Shown here: positions 8,840 through 17,963 of the stretch, piece after piece
Numbering within the stretch: the first letter of the stretch is position 1
Layout of the letters: every line of letters starts with the position of its first letter
DNA from: Rickettsiales bacterium
GTDB lineage: Bacteria; Pseudomonadota; Alphaproteobacteria; Rickettsiales; SXRF01
Assembly (NCBI GenBank): GCA_947459535.1
Contig: CANHDY010000003.1
Coordinates: 1 to 50,526 of the forward strand
DNA: 50,526 nucleotides
Direction of reading: 5' to 3'
Notes under the pieces: generated by a model
Told to the model about the DNA's origin: nothing
The model's input: only the letters and a program-made list of their open reading frames with translations
Database searches by the model: none
Program-made: the position numbers and the translations under genes

Positions 8840-9679
8840 TTAAGCGTCTGAGAGCTTACCTTTAGAAATGATCTGGTCAACAGGATCCAGCGCGCCATCG
8901 GCAATCAGGGGTTGTTTTTTTACTTCAGCATAAATCGGCGCGAAGTCCGGCTTGGTGGCCTCAAACAGATCTTCCAGCGAATCAATCACGAAGTAGGTTT
9001 TCTGCAGGTCGTCGATGCGGTAGTCGCTGCGCATGATGCGTTTTAAGTCAAATTTCAGCCGGTTAGGCTTGTCACTTTCCAAACAATAGACCGATTCGGT
9101 TTTGGAGGAAACAATGCCCGAACCGTAAATGCGAAGCCCTTCTTCCTGTTGGATGAGGCCGAATTCCACCGTAAACCAGTATAGGCGTTCGATTTCCTTA
9201 TCAGCATCCAGCGTATGCGCTTTCAGCGCTCCTTTGCCCCATTCCTGCATGTAATCGGCGTAAACCTGATGCGCGAGCATCGGCACATGGCCAAACAGAT
9301 CATGGAAAATATCCGGTTCCATCAGATAATCAATCTTCGCCGGCTCGCGAATCCACCATGTGACTGGGAACTGGCGCTTGGAGAGATGCTCCAGAAACAC
9401 CATCGGCGGCAGGTAGCCCGGCACGGTGACAAGCCGCCAGTTTACCGTTTTCTCGAGCATATCAGAAACGCGGCGCCAGTCGGGAATCACGTCGCTTTCT
9501 TTCATGCCGAGCATCTCCAGCGAGCTGAGATACTCTTTGCATGCGCGGTTTTTAAGCAGCGGATACTGGCGGTTGCTCAGGGTGCGCCACATGCCATGAT
9601 CCTCGGCGGTGTAGGCGGCCGGATCAAAGTCGAATGTGTAGTCGGCGCGCATGTTTTCCGGGTGTTCGTCTGCTCTCAT
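8840..9679 (-). CDS. phhA: Phenylalanine 4-monooxygenase
   Basis: EPDIFHDLFGHVPML, RLYWFTVEFGL. Confidence 0.96.
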   Translation of the reverse strand: MRADEHPENMRADYTFDFDPAAYTAEDHGMWRTLSNRQYPLLKNRACKEYLSSLEMLGMKESDVIPDWRRVSDMLEKTVNWRLVTVPGYLPPMVFLEHLSKRQFPVTWWIREPAKIDYLMEPDIFHDLFGHVPMLAHQVYADYMQEWGKGALKAHTLDADKEIERLYWFTVEFGLIQQEEGLRIYGSGIVSSKTESVYCLESDKPNRLKFDLKRIMRSDYRIDDLQKTYFVIDSLEDLFEATKPDFAPIYAEVKKQPLIADGALDPVDQIISKGKLSDA

Positions 9680-9699
9680 TTTTCCTCCAAACGCATTTC

Positions 9700-9795
9700 T
9701 ATGGCCAATTGCGTTGTTATCTGCGTGCTCGAATCCTTATGTAGCGCTGCTACACTGCGGTTCTCCGCGCGCAGCTGCCTAGCATTTGGCGCATA
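9700..9795. repeat. RPE-1-like long palindromic element
   Basis: Imperfect terminal inverted repeats TATGGCCAATTGC...GCATTTGGCGCATA; core GTGCTCGAATCCT...CTGCGGTTCTCCG resembles the Rickettsia RPE-1 core. Confidence 0.7.
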
Positions 9796-9843
9796 TAAAT
9801 GCGTTTGAAAAACCATGCCAGACTATATACATTAAGGCAAATT

Positions 9844-10293
9844 ATGACACCTTCTTCAAAAAAACAATCGATTACCATTCGCGAACTGAAAACCCGCGCG
9901 CAGCTGGAGACGATTTACCCGCTGGTAAAGCAGGTGAACCCGCAAGTATCTAAACGTGAGTTCATGACCGACCTTGATACCATGCTACCGCTCGGCTATC
10001 GCTGCGTTGGTGCATTTTCCGGCGATAAACTCGTGGGCGCGTGTGGCCTGTGGATCGGCCGGCGGTTCTGGTGCGGAAAATACTGCGAGGTTGATAATCT
10101 TGTCGTTGATCTAAAAGGGCGCAGCGGCGGCATCGGTGCGCTTATGATGCGCTGGGTGGAAAAAGAAGCGAAAAAAGAGAAATGTGCGATCGTGATGGCA
10201 GATAGCTATACGACCAACCATGCCTCACATCGCTTTTATTTCCGCGAAGGATACATTATAAAGGGGTATTGTTTTTATAAAGAACTCAGTTAA
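9844..10293 (+). CDS. GNAT family N-acetyltransferase
   Basis: [15 protein letters not shown] motif A; N..SHRFY...GY motif B. Confidence 0.9.
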   Translation: MTPSSKKQSITIRELKTRAQLETIYPLVKQVNPQVSKREFMTDLDTMLPLGYRCVGAFSGDKLVGACGLWIGRRFWCGKYCEVDNLVVDLKGRSGGIGALMMRWVEKEAKKEKCAIVMADSYTTNHASHRFYFREGYIIKGYCFYKELS

Positions 10294-10385
10294 TTCCCCG
10301 CGAAAGCGGGGATCCTGTAGAAAAAAGGATCCTGTGATGGTTACTACATCTGCAAAACAAGACCCCGCAATAAATGCGGGGATCA
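10291..10385. repeat. Double-hairpin RPE-like element spanning the GNAT stop and hppD start
   Basis: TTCCCCGCGAAAGCGGGGATC ... GACCCCGCAATAAATGCGGGGATC. Confidence 0.8.
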
Positions 10386-11449
10386 GCGCCAACCCCATGG
10401 GCACGGACGGCTTCGAGTTTGTCGAATATGCGGCGCTTGATCCGCGCCCGCTGGAAGAGCTGTTCGCCAAGCTCGGCTTTACGCGCGTGGCGCAGCACCG
10501 CTCGAAAAATGTTCATCTGTGGCGTCAGGGCGATATTAATTTTATTTTGAATGCCGAGCGCAATTCGCAGGCTGAAGGGTTTTACAACGCGCACGGCCTA
10601 TCCGCCAATGCGATGGCGTTTCGCGTGAAAGACGCGGCCTTTGCGATCAAGCGCGCGAAAGAACTGGGCGCAAAAGTGGTGGAATCAAAAGTCGGACCGA
10701 TGGAACTGGCCATTCCTGCGATTGAGGGCATCGGCGGCAGCCTTCTCTATCTCGTGGATCGCTACGGCGATCGCGGATCGATTTATGATATTGATTTTGT
10801 GCCGCTGCCGGGGGTGGATCAGCATCCGGCGGGTGTGGGGCTTACTTACATCGACCATCTCACGCACAATGTTGAGCGCGGTAACATGGAAAAATGGGCG
10901 GATTTTTATTCACGCCTGTTTAACTTCCGCCAGATCCGCTATTTTGATATTGAAGGTAAGCTCACCGGCCTTGTCAGTAAGGCGATGACCAGCCCTTGCG
11001 GCAAGATCCGCATCCCGATCAACGAATCGTCGGATGATAAATCGCAGATCGAAGAATATCTGCGCGAATACAAAGGCGAAGGCATCCAGCATATCGCGCT
11101 GGCAACGGACGATATTTACAAAACCGTGGCGCAGCTGAAGCAGCATGTGCGCTTCATGGATCCGCCGCCGGAGACTTATTATGACAATCTCAAAAAGCGC
11201 GTGCCGCACAGCAAGGAAGAAGTGAGTAAGCTGAAGCCGCTTGGTATCCTCGTTGATGGTGCGCCGGAGAGCAAGCCGGGTGCGAATGATGGCGGCATTT
11301 TGCTGCAGATTTTCACCGCCACCGTCATCGGCCCGATTTTCTATGAAATCATCCAGCGCAAGGGTGATGAAGGTTTCGGCGAAGGCAATTTTAAGGCTTT
11401 GTTCGAGTCGATCGAAGAAGATCAGATCAAGCGCGGCGTCCTAAAGTAA
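10334..11449 (+). CDS. hppD: 4-hydroxyphenylpyruvate dioxygenase
   Basis: [43 protein letters not shown]. Confidence 0.97.
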   Translation: MMVTTSAKQDPAINAGISANPMGTDGFEFVEYAALDPRPLEELFAKLGFTRVAQHRSKNVHLWRQGDINFILNAERNSQAEGFYNAHGLSANAMAFRVKDAAFAIKRAKELGAKVVESKVGPMELAIPAIEGIGGSLLYLVDRYGDRGSIYDIDFVPLPGVDQHPAGVGLTYIDHLTHNVERGNMEKWADFYSRLFNFRQIRYFDIEGKLTGLVSKAMTSPCGKIRIPINESSDDKSQIEEYLREYKGEGIQHIALATDDIYKTVAQLKQHVRFMDPPPETYYDNLKKRVPHSKEEVSKLKPLGILVDGAPESKPGANDGGILLQIFTATVIGPIFYEIIQRKGDEGFGEGNFKALFESIEEDQIKRGVLK

Positions 11450-11566
11450 CTCTACTGCGGCGGAAAATCTGCTTGGAAATTTCGTACTCAAAAGTCACGT
11501 ACTTGATGTACGCTAGACTTTTTGCGTGCGAAATTTCCTTCGCGCTTTCCTCGCCGCAGCGAGTTA
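11447..11566. repeat. 120-bp palindromic MITE/RPE-like element
   Basis: TAACTC..CTGCGGCG...GGAAATTTCG..AAAAGTC / GACTTTT..CGAAATTTCC...CGCCGCAG..GAGTTA; central CACGTAC-TTGAT-GTACGC; TA ends. Confidence 0.85.
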
Positions 11567-11604
11567 ACAAAAACCGTATGCATCAACAGCAATATCGAGG
11601 GTAC

Positions 11605-12318
11605 TTAGTTAAGAGACAGACCAGCCGAGCCCTGCCGGCTTTGCGCAAGGCGCTGCACAAAACTGCCGCCGCGCAGGGTTTTCCCCACCATCTCCACCAT
11701 GGAGCGCTGCAGCTCGGGTGTGTCGAAATTTTCTGCGATTTCAGCGGCGAATGTGGCGGGTACCTGCTCGCGCCCTACCTGCTCGAGCACCGCTTCCGGC
11801 AGCTTTGACATGCTGTAAGCCACCCGCAGGTTGCCTTTATCCATCTGCAGCGGCGGCAGCTTGCGCACATCCACCCTGCCGCTTTCAACTTCCTTGAACA
11901 CACGCGCGGCATCCAGCGTGTCGGTGTGGCCACGCGCCATGTTTTTGTAGGCGGCGATCACGCGCACGTCCTCCACCGAATAACCATCCGCCTCGCGCAG
12001 CACATAGGCCGCCACTTTGCCCGGGCCGGTGCCAATGGCGTTAGTGTTCACGGCGTGATCCAGCCTGTGGTGGCCATCCGCGACATAAAGCGCGCCATTC
12101 AGACGTTCATGCAGCAGCAGTGGATCGCCGTCTAAGACTGGATTCCAGCTTTCGCGGCGGATGCGATGTGCCTCGGTGACGCCTTTGCTATCGCCATGCG
12201 CGCGGAACTGATAGGCCTGCGCATCGGTCTTGATGGCCTCGGGCGCCACCATCACGAGGCTCAGCTTTTCAAGCGCAAGGCGCGGTTGTTGTAATGTAAA
12301 CATCCCCATACACGCCAT
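11605..12318 (-). CDS. ParB/Srx N-terminal-like domain protein (orphan context)
   Basis: LHERLNGALYVADGHHRL ParB-like motif; the true start is probably the ATG at 12309 or 12303. Confidence 0.7.
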   Translation of the reverse strand: MACMGMFTLQQPRLALEKLSLVMVAPEAIKTDAQAYQFRAHGDSKGVTEAHRIRRESWNPVLDGDPLLLHERLNGALYVADGHHRLDHAVNTNAIGTGPGKVAAYVLREADGYSVEDVRVIAAYKNMARGHTDTLDAARVFKEVESGRVDVRKLPPLQMDKGNLRVAYSMSKLPEAVLEQVGREQVPATFAAEIAENFDTPELQRSMVEMVGKTLRGGSFVQRLAQSRQGSAGLSLN

Positions 12319-12371
12319 TCTAGCGTGCAGGAAGCGAGTAGCCCAGCATTCAAATATGAAGTTTTGATGAC
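12317..12371 (-). promoter_or_regulatory. Pho-box-like direct repeat plus -10 element
   Basis: Minus strand GTCAT-CAAAAC-TTCAT (12371-12356), then GC-TAGAAT (TAGAAT at 12322-12317). Confidence 0.55.
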
Positions 12372-12482
12372 GAATATAGCCCTGAAATGGTAAAGTGGAT
12401 GATATTGATTTTTAAACATTAACTGAAAATAAACCATGGCTGTCTATAGTCATAGCACCACAAAACGATAGTGAGCTAATTT

Positions 12483-13094
12483 ATGGCATTAACGACTGTG
12501 CCCAAGAATGTCCGCGCTAGTGATCGGCTGGATCTTGGAAATCAGGAAGAAGAAGGCTTTGTCGTACGCAAACGCTTTTTATCGATCCGTAAAATGGCGC
12601 AGCTCTGCCTCAGCGGTGTTATTATTGTGCTGGGTGTCGTGATTCTGCTCAGGAATGATACACTAGTTGGTTCGCTGCTGTGTGTCGTTGTTGGCAGCAT
12701 GTTGCTGTATCTCGGACGCGTTATTGAAAAGCAGCAGATGATAATCAACGCGACAGAATTCATGAATGCGGTATATTCGTCTGCATTGTGTAAAGGCTAC
12801 ACGTTCTCTTTCATTGTACGATCAAAGGGCGCGATCATTTATCTTGATCGCGGATTTCAAGAGCTTTTTCCTGATTTCATAGTGCAGCCTGATCGCGAGC
12901 TATCAACGCTTTGCGATATATATCAGTTTAAGCCCGAGATTGCCGCAAGGCTCACTGATCATGTTCGTAGCGGCACTGAAGGTGCGCTCGATTTTGATCT
13001 CGCAGCTGGATCTAACCGCGCACAGCAAGTCATTCGCGTCACATGCGAACCGATCGCCCGTCCGAAGGGCTACGTGCTGGTGCGCGGTAAGTAG
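12483..13094 (+). CDS. Hypothetical membrane protein (two TM helices plus a PAS-like cytoplasmic region)
   Basis: Two hydrophobic helices, then FIVRSKGAIIYLDRGFQELF and a terminal beta strand GYVLVRG reminiscent of PAS folds. Confidence 0.6.
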   Translation: MALTTVPKNVRASDRLDLGNQEEEGFVVRKRFLSIRKMAQLCLSGVIIVLGVVILLRNDTLVGSLLCVVVGSMLLYLGRVIEKQQMIINATEFMNAVYSSALCKGYTFSFIVRSKGAIIYLDRGFQELFPDFIVQPDRELSTLCDIYQFKPEIAARLTDHVRSGTEGALDFDLAAGSNRAQQVIRVTCEPIARPKGYVLVRGK

Positions 13095-13097
13095 AGC

Positions 13098-13343
13098 TTA
13101 AGCAGCCGCTTTTGTCAGCATCGAATAAAGCTCGTCTTTAAGCGCGAGGCGCTGCTTTTTGAATTTTTCCGCCAGAATGTCGGAGACCTTGTCGATCTCC
13201 TGCTCAATGCGGTGCACCTGCTTGCATACGGCTTCATATTCATCAAATAGCCGGGCGAAGTGGGCATCATTTATTTTCAGCGCGTGAATCTGCTCTTTGA
13301 ACTCGGGAAATTCCTGAAGCAGTGAATAAGATTCGTTGAACAT
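13098..13343 (-). CDS. YdcH/DUF465 family protein
   Basis: EFPEFKEQIHALK..DAHFARLFDEY...KKQRLALKDELY. Confidence 0.88.
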   Translation of the reverse strand: MFNESYSLLQEFPEFKEQIHALKINDAHFARLFDEYEAVCKQVHRIEQEIDKVSDILAEKFKKQRLALKDELYSMLTKAAA

Positions 13344-13398
13344 GAAAAGCTCCTTTTCGTTGACTCAGGCAACATTAGCAGCATGTGTCATGATAGCC

Positions 13399-13412
13399 TT
13401 GATTCATATCAA
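13399..13412. promoter_or_regulatory. FNR/FixK box upstream of the ydcH-like gene
   Basis: Perfect TTGAT-TCAT-ATCAA, with a -10-like GCTAATGT on the minus strand about 30 nt downstream of the box centre (class II spacing). Confidence 0.7.
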
Positions 13413-14179
13413 GCGCCAGCAATAACAAGGTGAGCGCCAATTTTCTGATATTCATCAAAGAGTTTGGGGGTGCGGTTTTCGCCCGCCCTGCAGATGGCCT
13501 CATCCATGTTAATGGTGCCAAGCAGCGCTACCCCCAGCTCGCGTGCGAGTTTTTCGCCGCCGCCGCTGCCAAACATGCTGCCCGACATATTTTCCACCAC
13601 ACCCAGCACCGGCACATGCACTTTGCTAAACATCTGGGCGCATTTGCGCGCATCCAGCAGCGCGACTTCCTGCGGCGTGGTGACGATGATCACGCCGGAG
13701 AGCGGCACTTGCTGCGCCATGCTTAAATGAATATCGCCAGTGCCTGGTGGCATATCCACCAGCAGTACATCGAGAGATGCATCCTTCGTGCCCCAGCGTG
13801 TCATACGCAGCAGCTGGTTCAGTGTTTTGGTAATCATGGGCCCGCGCAGCACCGCCGCACTATCACCAATAATGAAACCGATCGAATTGCACACGATGCC
13901 GGCCGCCTCAAGCGGTATCATCTGCTCTTTAAATTCCGGCTGGCCGGAAAGCCCCATCAGGTAGGGAATGCTGGGGCCGTAAATATCCGCATCCAGAATG
14001 CCAACGCGCTTTCCCGCCGCCGAAAGCGCCATGGCCAGGTTCACTGTGGTGGTTGATTTGCCCACGCCGCCCTTGCCAGACGCCACCGCGATGACTCTGC
14101 CCACAAAAGGTAGCGGCTGGCGCACCCAGAGTGCTGGTTTTTTTAGCGGCGTTTCATCCTGAATCATCGTTGATGTCAT
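13409..14179 (-). CDS. mrp: Mrp/NBP35 (ApbC) family ATPase
   Basis: ASGKGGVGKST, DADIYGPS, DMPPGTGD, VTTPQ, VENMS. Confidence 0.92.
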   Translation of the reverse strand: MTSTMIQDETPLKKPALWVRQPLPFVGRVIAVASGKGGVGKSTTTVNLAMALSAAGKRVGILDADIYGPSIPYLMGLSGQPEFKEQMIPLEAAGIVCNSIGFIIGDSAAVLRGPMITKTLNQLLRMTRWGTKDASLDVLLVDMPPGTGDIHLSMAQQVPLSGVIIVTTPQEVALLDARKCAQMFSKVHVPVLGVVENMSGSMFGSGGGEKLARELGVALLGTINMDEAICRAGENRTPKLFDEYQKIGAHLVIAGA

Positions 14180-14267
14180 GGTCTTGCAATCTAGCTGTTT
14201 CCTCCTATATAGTTGCCCGAGCGAAAAAAACCAGTACCGCCTTCAGGCGGGAACCAGTGGAGGGTGC

Positions 14268-15395
14268 ATGGCGTGGGATAATCAGGGTCCGTGGGGCAAA
14301 CCAGGCGGCAGCGGTGGCATGGGTGGTGGTCCACGCCGGCCGATGGGCGGCGGTGGCGGCGGTAAGCCGCAAGGGCCGGATCTTGATGAGCTGCTGCGCA
14401 AAAGCCGCGAGCAGTGGAAAACCATGTTTCCCCAAGATGGCAATGGCGGCGCGAAAGGCCTCGTGCTGCTGCTGATTATCGTGGTGCTGCTGTGGCTGTC
14501 GTCGGGCGTGTATTTTGTGAAAGCCGATGAACAGGGCGTGGTGCTTCGTTTTGGCGAATATCATCGCACCACCGGCTCAGGCCTTAACTATCACCTGCCT
14601 TATCCATTTGAAGGCGTGCTGACACCGAAGGTGACAGCCGTGAACCGCGTGGAGGTTGGCTATCGCTCCGGATCAGCGCGCACAAACCGCGAAGCGACGG
14701 CGATTCCCGAGGAAAGCCTGATGCTGACTGGCGATGAAAATATCGTCGATATCACTTTCGAGGTGCAGTGGAAAATCCGCGAAGCACCAGATTTCCTGTT
14801 TAATATCAGAAACCCCGAAGACACGGTGAAAGCTGTTTCTGAAAGCGCGATGCGCGAGGTGATCGGCCAGAGCCAGATTGCTACCGTGCTTACCGCTGGC
14901 CGCGAGGATGTGGCAATGAAAACCAGAACCCTCATCCAGCAAACGCTGGACGATTACAAAGCTGGTATTGAGATCATCGCGGTGAACCTCCGTGATGTGA
15001 ATCCGCCGGATCAGGTGCGGGCGGCGTTTCTTGACGTGCAATCGGCGCGTGCCGACATGCAGACCTCAATCAATCAAGCTGAAACCTATCGCAGCGATAT
15101 CGTCCCACGTGCTCGCGGTGAGGCAGAAAAGTTGGTACTTGACGCCCAAGCCTATAAACAGGAAGTGATTGCTAGAGCGCAGGGGGAAGCCTCGCGTTTC
15201 TCCGCTGTCTATGAGGAATTCAAAATGGCGCGTGATGTGACCAAACAACGCATTTATCTGGAAACAATGGAAGATATTCTTTCTGGCATGAACAAGGTGA
15301 TTATTGATGAAAAAGGTGCGGGCGGCGTGGTGCCGTACCTGCCGCTTGATTCGCTCAAAGCCAAACAGCCAGCAGCTCAGGAGGTGAGGCCATGA
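14268..15395 (+). CDS. hflK: FtsH protease modulator HflK
   Basis: MAWD..GPWG N-terminus, PDLDELLR, SPFH domain, MLTGDENIV. Confidence 0.96.
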   Translation: MAWDNQGPWGKPGGSGGMGGGPRRPMGGGGGGKPQGPDLDELLRKSREQWKTMFPQDGNGGAKGLVLLLIIVVLLWLSSGVYFVKADEQGVVLRFGEYHRTTGSGLNYHLPYPFEGVLTPKVTAVNRVEVGYRSGSARTNREATAIPEESLMLTGDENIVDITFEVQWKIREAPDFLFNIRNPEDTVKAVSESAMREVIGQSQIATVLTAGREDVAMKTRTLIQQTLDDYKAGIEIIAVNLRDVNPPDQVRAAFLDVQSARADMQTSINQAETYRSDIVPRARGEAEKLVLDAQAYKQEVIARAQGEASRFSAVYEEFKMARDVTKQRIYLETMEDILSGMNKVIIDEKGAGGVVPYLPLDSLKAKQPAAQEVRP

Positions 15396-15535
15396 CAACC
15401 CAAACTTTCCTCCCCCTCTCAGGGGGAGGATCAAGGTGGGGGTTACTTCTTACCTTCATCACACAATCTATAACCCTCACCCCCGCCCTCTCCCTGAAAG
15501 GGAGAGGGAGTATCATGTTGGAGGCCAAGCCATGA
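15392..15535 (+). CDS. 47-aa repeat-derived mini-ORF overlapping the hflK stop and hflC start
   Basis: Manual translation: MTTQTFLPLSGGGSRWGLLLTFITQSITLTPALSLKGRGSIMLEAKP*; ATGA overlaps at both ends. Confidence 0.45.
   Translation: MTTQTFLPLSGGGSRWGLLLTFITQSITLTPALSLKGRGSIMLEAKP
15408..15510. repeat. REP-like double-hairpin element (CTCCCCC..GGGGGAG family)
   Basis: TCCTCCCCCTCTCAGGGGGAGGA..GGTGGGGGT / ACCCTCACC..CCCTCTCCCTGAAAGGGAGAGGG. Confidence 0.85.
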
Positions 15536-16449
15536 AGTGGTTAAGTGTCGCAATTATTGCTTTTTTTATCGGGCTGTTTGTGCTGTTTAACTCGCTGTTT
15601 GTGGTGCGCCAGACGGAGCAGGCGCTGGTGCTACAATTCGGCAAGCCGATTCGCGTGGAGCAGGATCCTGGCCTTGAGTTCAAGGTGCCTTTTTTTCAGA
15701 ATGTTGAGTTTTACGACCGCCGTCTGCTCGACTTTGATGCCGAGCCGAAAGAAGTCACCGCGGCTGACCAGAAACGCCTGGTAGTCGATGCGTTTGTACG
15801 TTACCGCATCACCGATCCGCTGCTGTTTAAACAAACGGTGGGCAGTGAGATCAATATGCGCAGCCGCCTGAACTCGATTCTGGAAGCGAGCCTACGTCAG
15901 GTGATTGGTCGGGTGCCGCTGTCTGATGTGATTTCTGAACAGCGTGACGATATTATGGAGCGCATCCGCGTGCTGGTAAACGCGCAGGCTTCGGGTGCAC
16001 AGCTCGATACGGAGGGTAACCTGATCAAGGGCCAGTCGCGCGGGTTTGGTGTGGATGTGGTGGATGTGCGCATCATGCGCGCGGATCTGCCGAGGGAAAA
16101 TTCAGAAACGATCTATAAACGGATGCAAACCGAGCGCGAGCGCGAGGCAAAAGAATTCCGTGCCAAAGGTGCGGAAGAAGCACAAAAGATTCGTTCGCAG
16201 GCCGATAAAGAACGCACCATTCTTTTAGCGGAAGCGAAAAAAACCGCTGAGATCACGCGCGGTCAGGGCGATTCGCAGGCGACCAAGATTTTTGCTGATT
16301 CATTTGGCAAGGACGAAGAGTTTTTTAAATTCTACCGTACCATGCAGGCCTACCGCAAAACCCTTGGCAAAGACGACACTACCATGGTGCTCTCGCCTGA
16401 TAGTGACTTCCTGAAATATATTGAGCGTGGCTCGCAGGGCGGAAGGTAG
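15532..16449 (+). CDS. hflC: FtsH protease modulator HflC
   Basis: QALVLQFG, DQKRLVVD, RMQTERERE, LSPDSDFLKY. Confidence 0.96.
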   Translation: MKWLSVAIIAFFIGLFVLFNSLFVVRQTEQALVLQFGKPIRVEQDPGLEFKVPFFQNVEFYDRRLLDFDAEPKEVTAADQKRLVVDAFVRYRITDPLLFKQTVGSEINMRSRLNSILEASLRQVIGRVPLSDVISEQRDDIMERIRVLVNAQASGAQLDTEGNLIKGQSRGFGVDVVDVRIMRADLPRENSETIYKRMQTEREREAKEFRAKGAEEAQKIRSQADKERTILLAEAKKTAEITRGQGDSQATKIFADSFGKDEEFFKFYRTMQAYRKTLGKDDTTMVLSPDSDFLKYIERGSQGGR

Positions 16450-16534
16450 CGATCATCCCGTTGATGACATATCGGTAACTTGAATTTTAAGTGATGTGGT
16501 ACTAGCTATCACATCACTTCAACGTGAGGTTCCT

Positions 16535-17938
16535 ATGCGCCGCCTAATTTCTGCTGTGGTTATTACCTTGGCACTTGCTCACCCCTCCTATGCTCAGGCG
16601 CCTGTGCCGCAAGCTGGTTTTGCTGACCTGGTGGAAAAGCTCTCGCCAGCGGTAGTGAATATTTCCACCACCCAGAAGGTGAAAAACCCGCCCATGATGT
16701 TTGGCATGCCATTTGAGGGGCTGCCAAATAGCCCGGAGATGGAGCCGTTTCGTGAATTTTTTGATCGCTTTGGCCAGGGTATGAAGCAAGCCCCCGAGCG
16801 CGAGGCAACCTCGCTGGGCAGCGGCTTTGTGATCGATCCTAAGGGCTATGTTATCACCAACAACCATGTGGTGGAGCAGGCTGAGGAAATCACCGTGATT
16901 TTTTCGGATAATACCAAATACAAGGCCACCATTGTCGGGCGCGACAAAAAAACCGATCTGGCGCTGCTTAAAATTGATGCCAAAAAAGACCTGCCATTTG
17001 CTGTGATGGGTGATTCGGATACCATGCGTGTCGGCGACTGGGTGATTGCCATCGGCAACCCGTTCGGCCTTGGCGGATCGGTCACGCAGGGGATTATTTC
17101 GGCCAGGCAACGATCCATCAATGCCGGGCCTTTCGACGACTTTCTGCAAACTGACGCGCCGATCAACCGCGGTAATTCCGGCGGCCCATTATTTAACACC
17201 AAGGGCGAGGTGATTGGCATCAATACCGCTATTTTTTCGCCCTCCGGCGGTTCGGTGGGGATTGGTTTTGCCATTCCTACGGCGCTCGCAAAGCCAGTGG
17301 TCGAGCAGCTCAAGGCCAGCGGCAAGGTGACGCGCGGCTGGCTCGGCGTGAAGATTCAGGAGGTTTCGGAAGAAATCGCTAACAGCGTCGGGCTGGATAA
17401 GCAGATGGGTGCGCTGGTACTGGATGTAAGCAAAGGCAGTCCGGCCGATAAGGTTGGTATTCAGGCGGGCGATGTCATCACCCATTTCGGCGGCAAGGAA
17501 ATCAAGGAAATGAAAAACCTGCCAAGGCTGGTCGCGGAAGCGCCGATTGGTAAACCGGCTGAGATCCGTTTCTGGCGCTCGGGCAAGGCCATGAGCGGTA
17601 TGATCACCGTTGGTGAGCTGAAGGACGAGGCGGAGAAGGCGGGCGCGGGTAGCAAAGGCTCGCCAGCTGCGCCGGCAGCAGGTGAAGTGGTGCTGGGCAT
17701 GCGGCTGGTGCAGGGCGACGGTGAGCTTCAGGTGGCTGAGGTGGAAGCTGGCTCCGAGGCCGCAAAGCGCGGCGTGAGGGAAGGGGATGTGATTCGCGAG
17801 GTGGGCGGCGAAAAAGTCACCAGCACCTCCGGCCTCAAGCAAGCCATGCAAAGCGCCAAGAAGGCGGGACGTAAATTTGCGCTGGTTCGTATCTCACGCG
17901 GCAGTGAAGAGGCATTTATCCCGCTGCCGGTGGAGTAG
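16535..17938 (+). CDS. degP: DegP/DegQ (HtrA) serine protease with PDZ domains
   Basis: TNNHVV, DLALLK and GNSGGPL catalytic triad; two PDZ domains. Confidence 0.95.
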   Translation: MRRLISAVVITLALAHPSYAQAPVPQAGFADLVEKLSPAVVNISTTQKVKNPPMMFGMPFEGLPNSPEMEPFREFFDRFGQGMKQAPEREATSLGSGFVIDPKGYVITNNHVVEQAEEITVIFSDNTKYKATIVGRDKKTDLALLKIDAKKDLPFAVMGDSDTMRVGDWVIAIGNPFGLGGSVTQGIISARQRSINAGPFDDFLQTDAPINRGNSGGPLFNTKGEVIGINTAIFSPSGGSVGIGFAIPTALAKPVVEQLKASGKVTRGWLGVKIQEVSEEIANSVGLDKQMGALVLDVSKGSPADKVGIQAGDVITHFGGKEIKEMKNLPRLVAEAPIGKPAEIRFWRSGKAMSGMITVGELKDEAEKAGAGSKGSPAAPAAGEVVLGMRLVQGDGELQVAEVEAGSEAAKRGVREGDVIREVGGEKVTSTSGLKQAMQSAKKAGRKFALVRISRGSEEAFIPLPVE

Positions 17939-17963
17939 AGCTCTCCAAGAGGGTCAAATAAGC

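Noticed and set aside
8840-11449. Dedicated pigment or secondary-metabolite cluster (phhA, GNAT, hppD)
   Set aside because: Adequately explained by ordinary Phe/Tyr catabolism; hmgA may lie elsewhere and nothing ties the GNAT to the pathway.
11473-11808. 111-aa ORF
   Set aside because: Starts inside a palindromic repeat and is antisense to the ParB-like gene.
15436-15531. N-terminal extension of HflC in the ORF track
   Set aside because: It is repeat-derived; the RBS and family alignment favour the ATG at 15532.
16464-16479. ATGAC-N6-GTAAC upstream of degP as another member of the orphan-gene box
   Set aside because: Opposite orientation relative to the gene and a weaker match; it may be a different response-regulator site.
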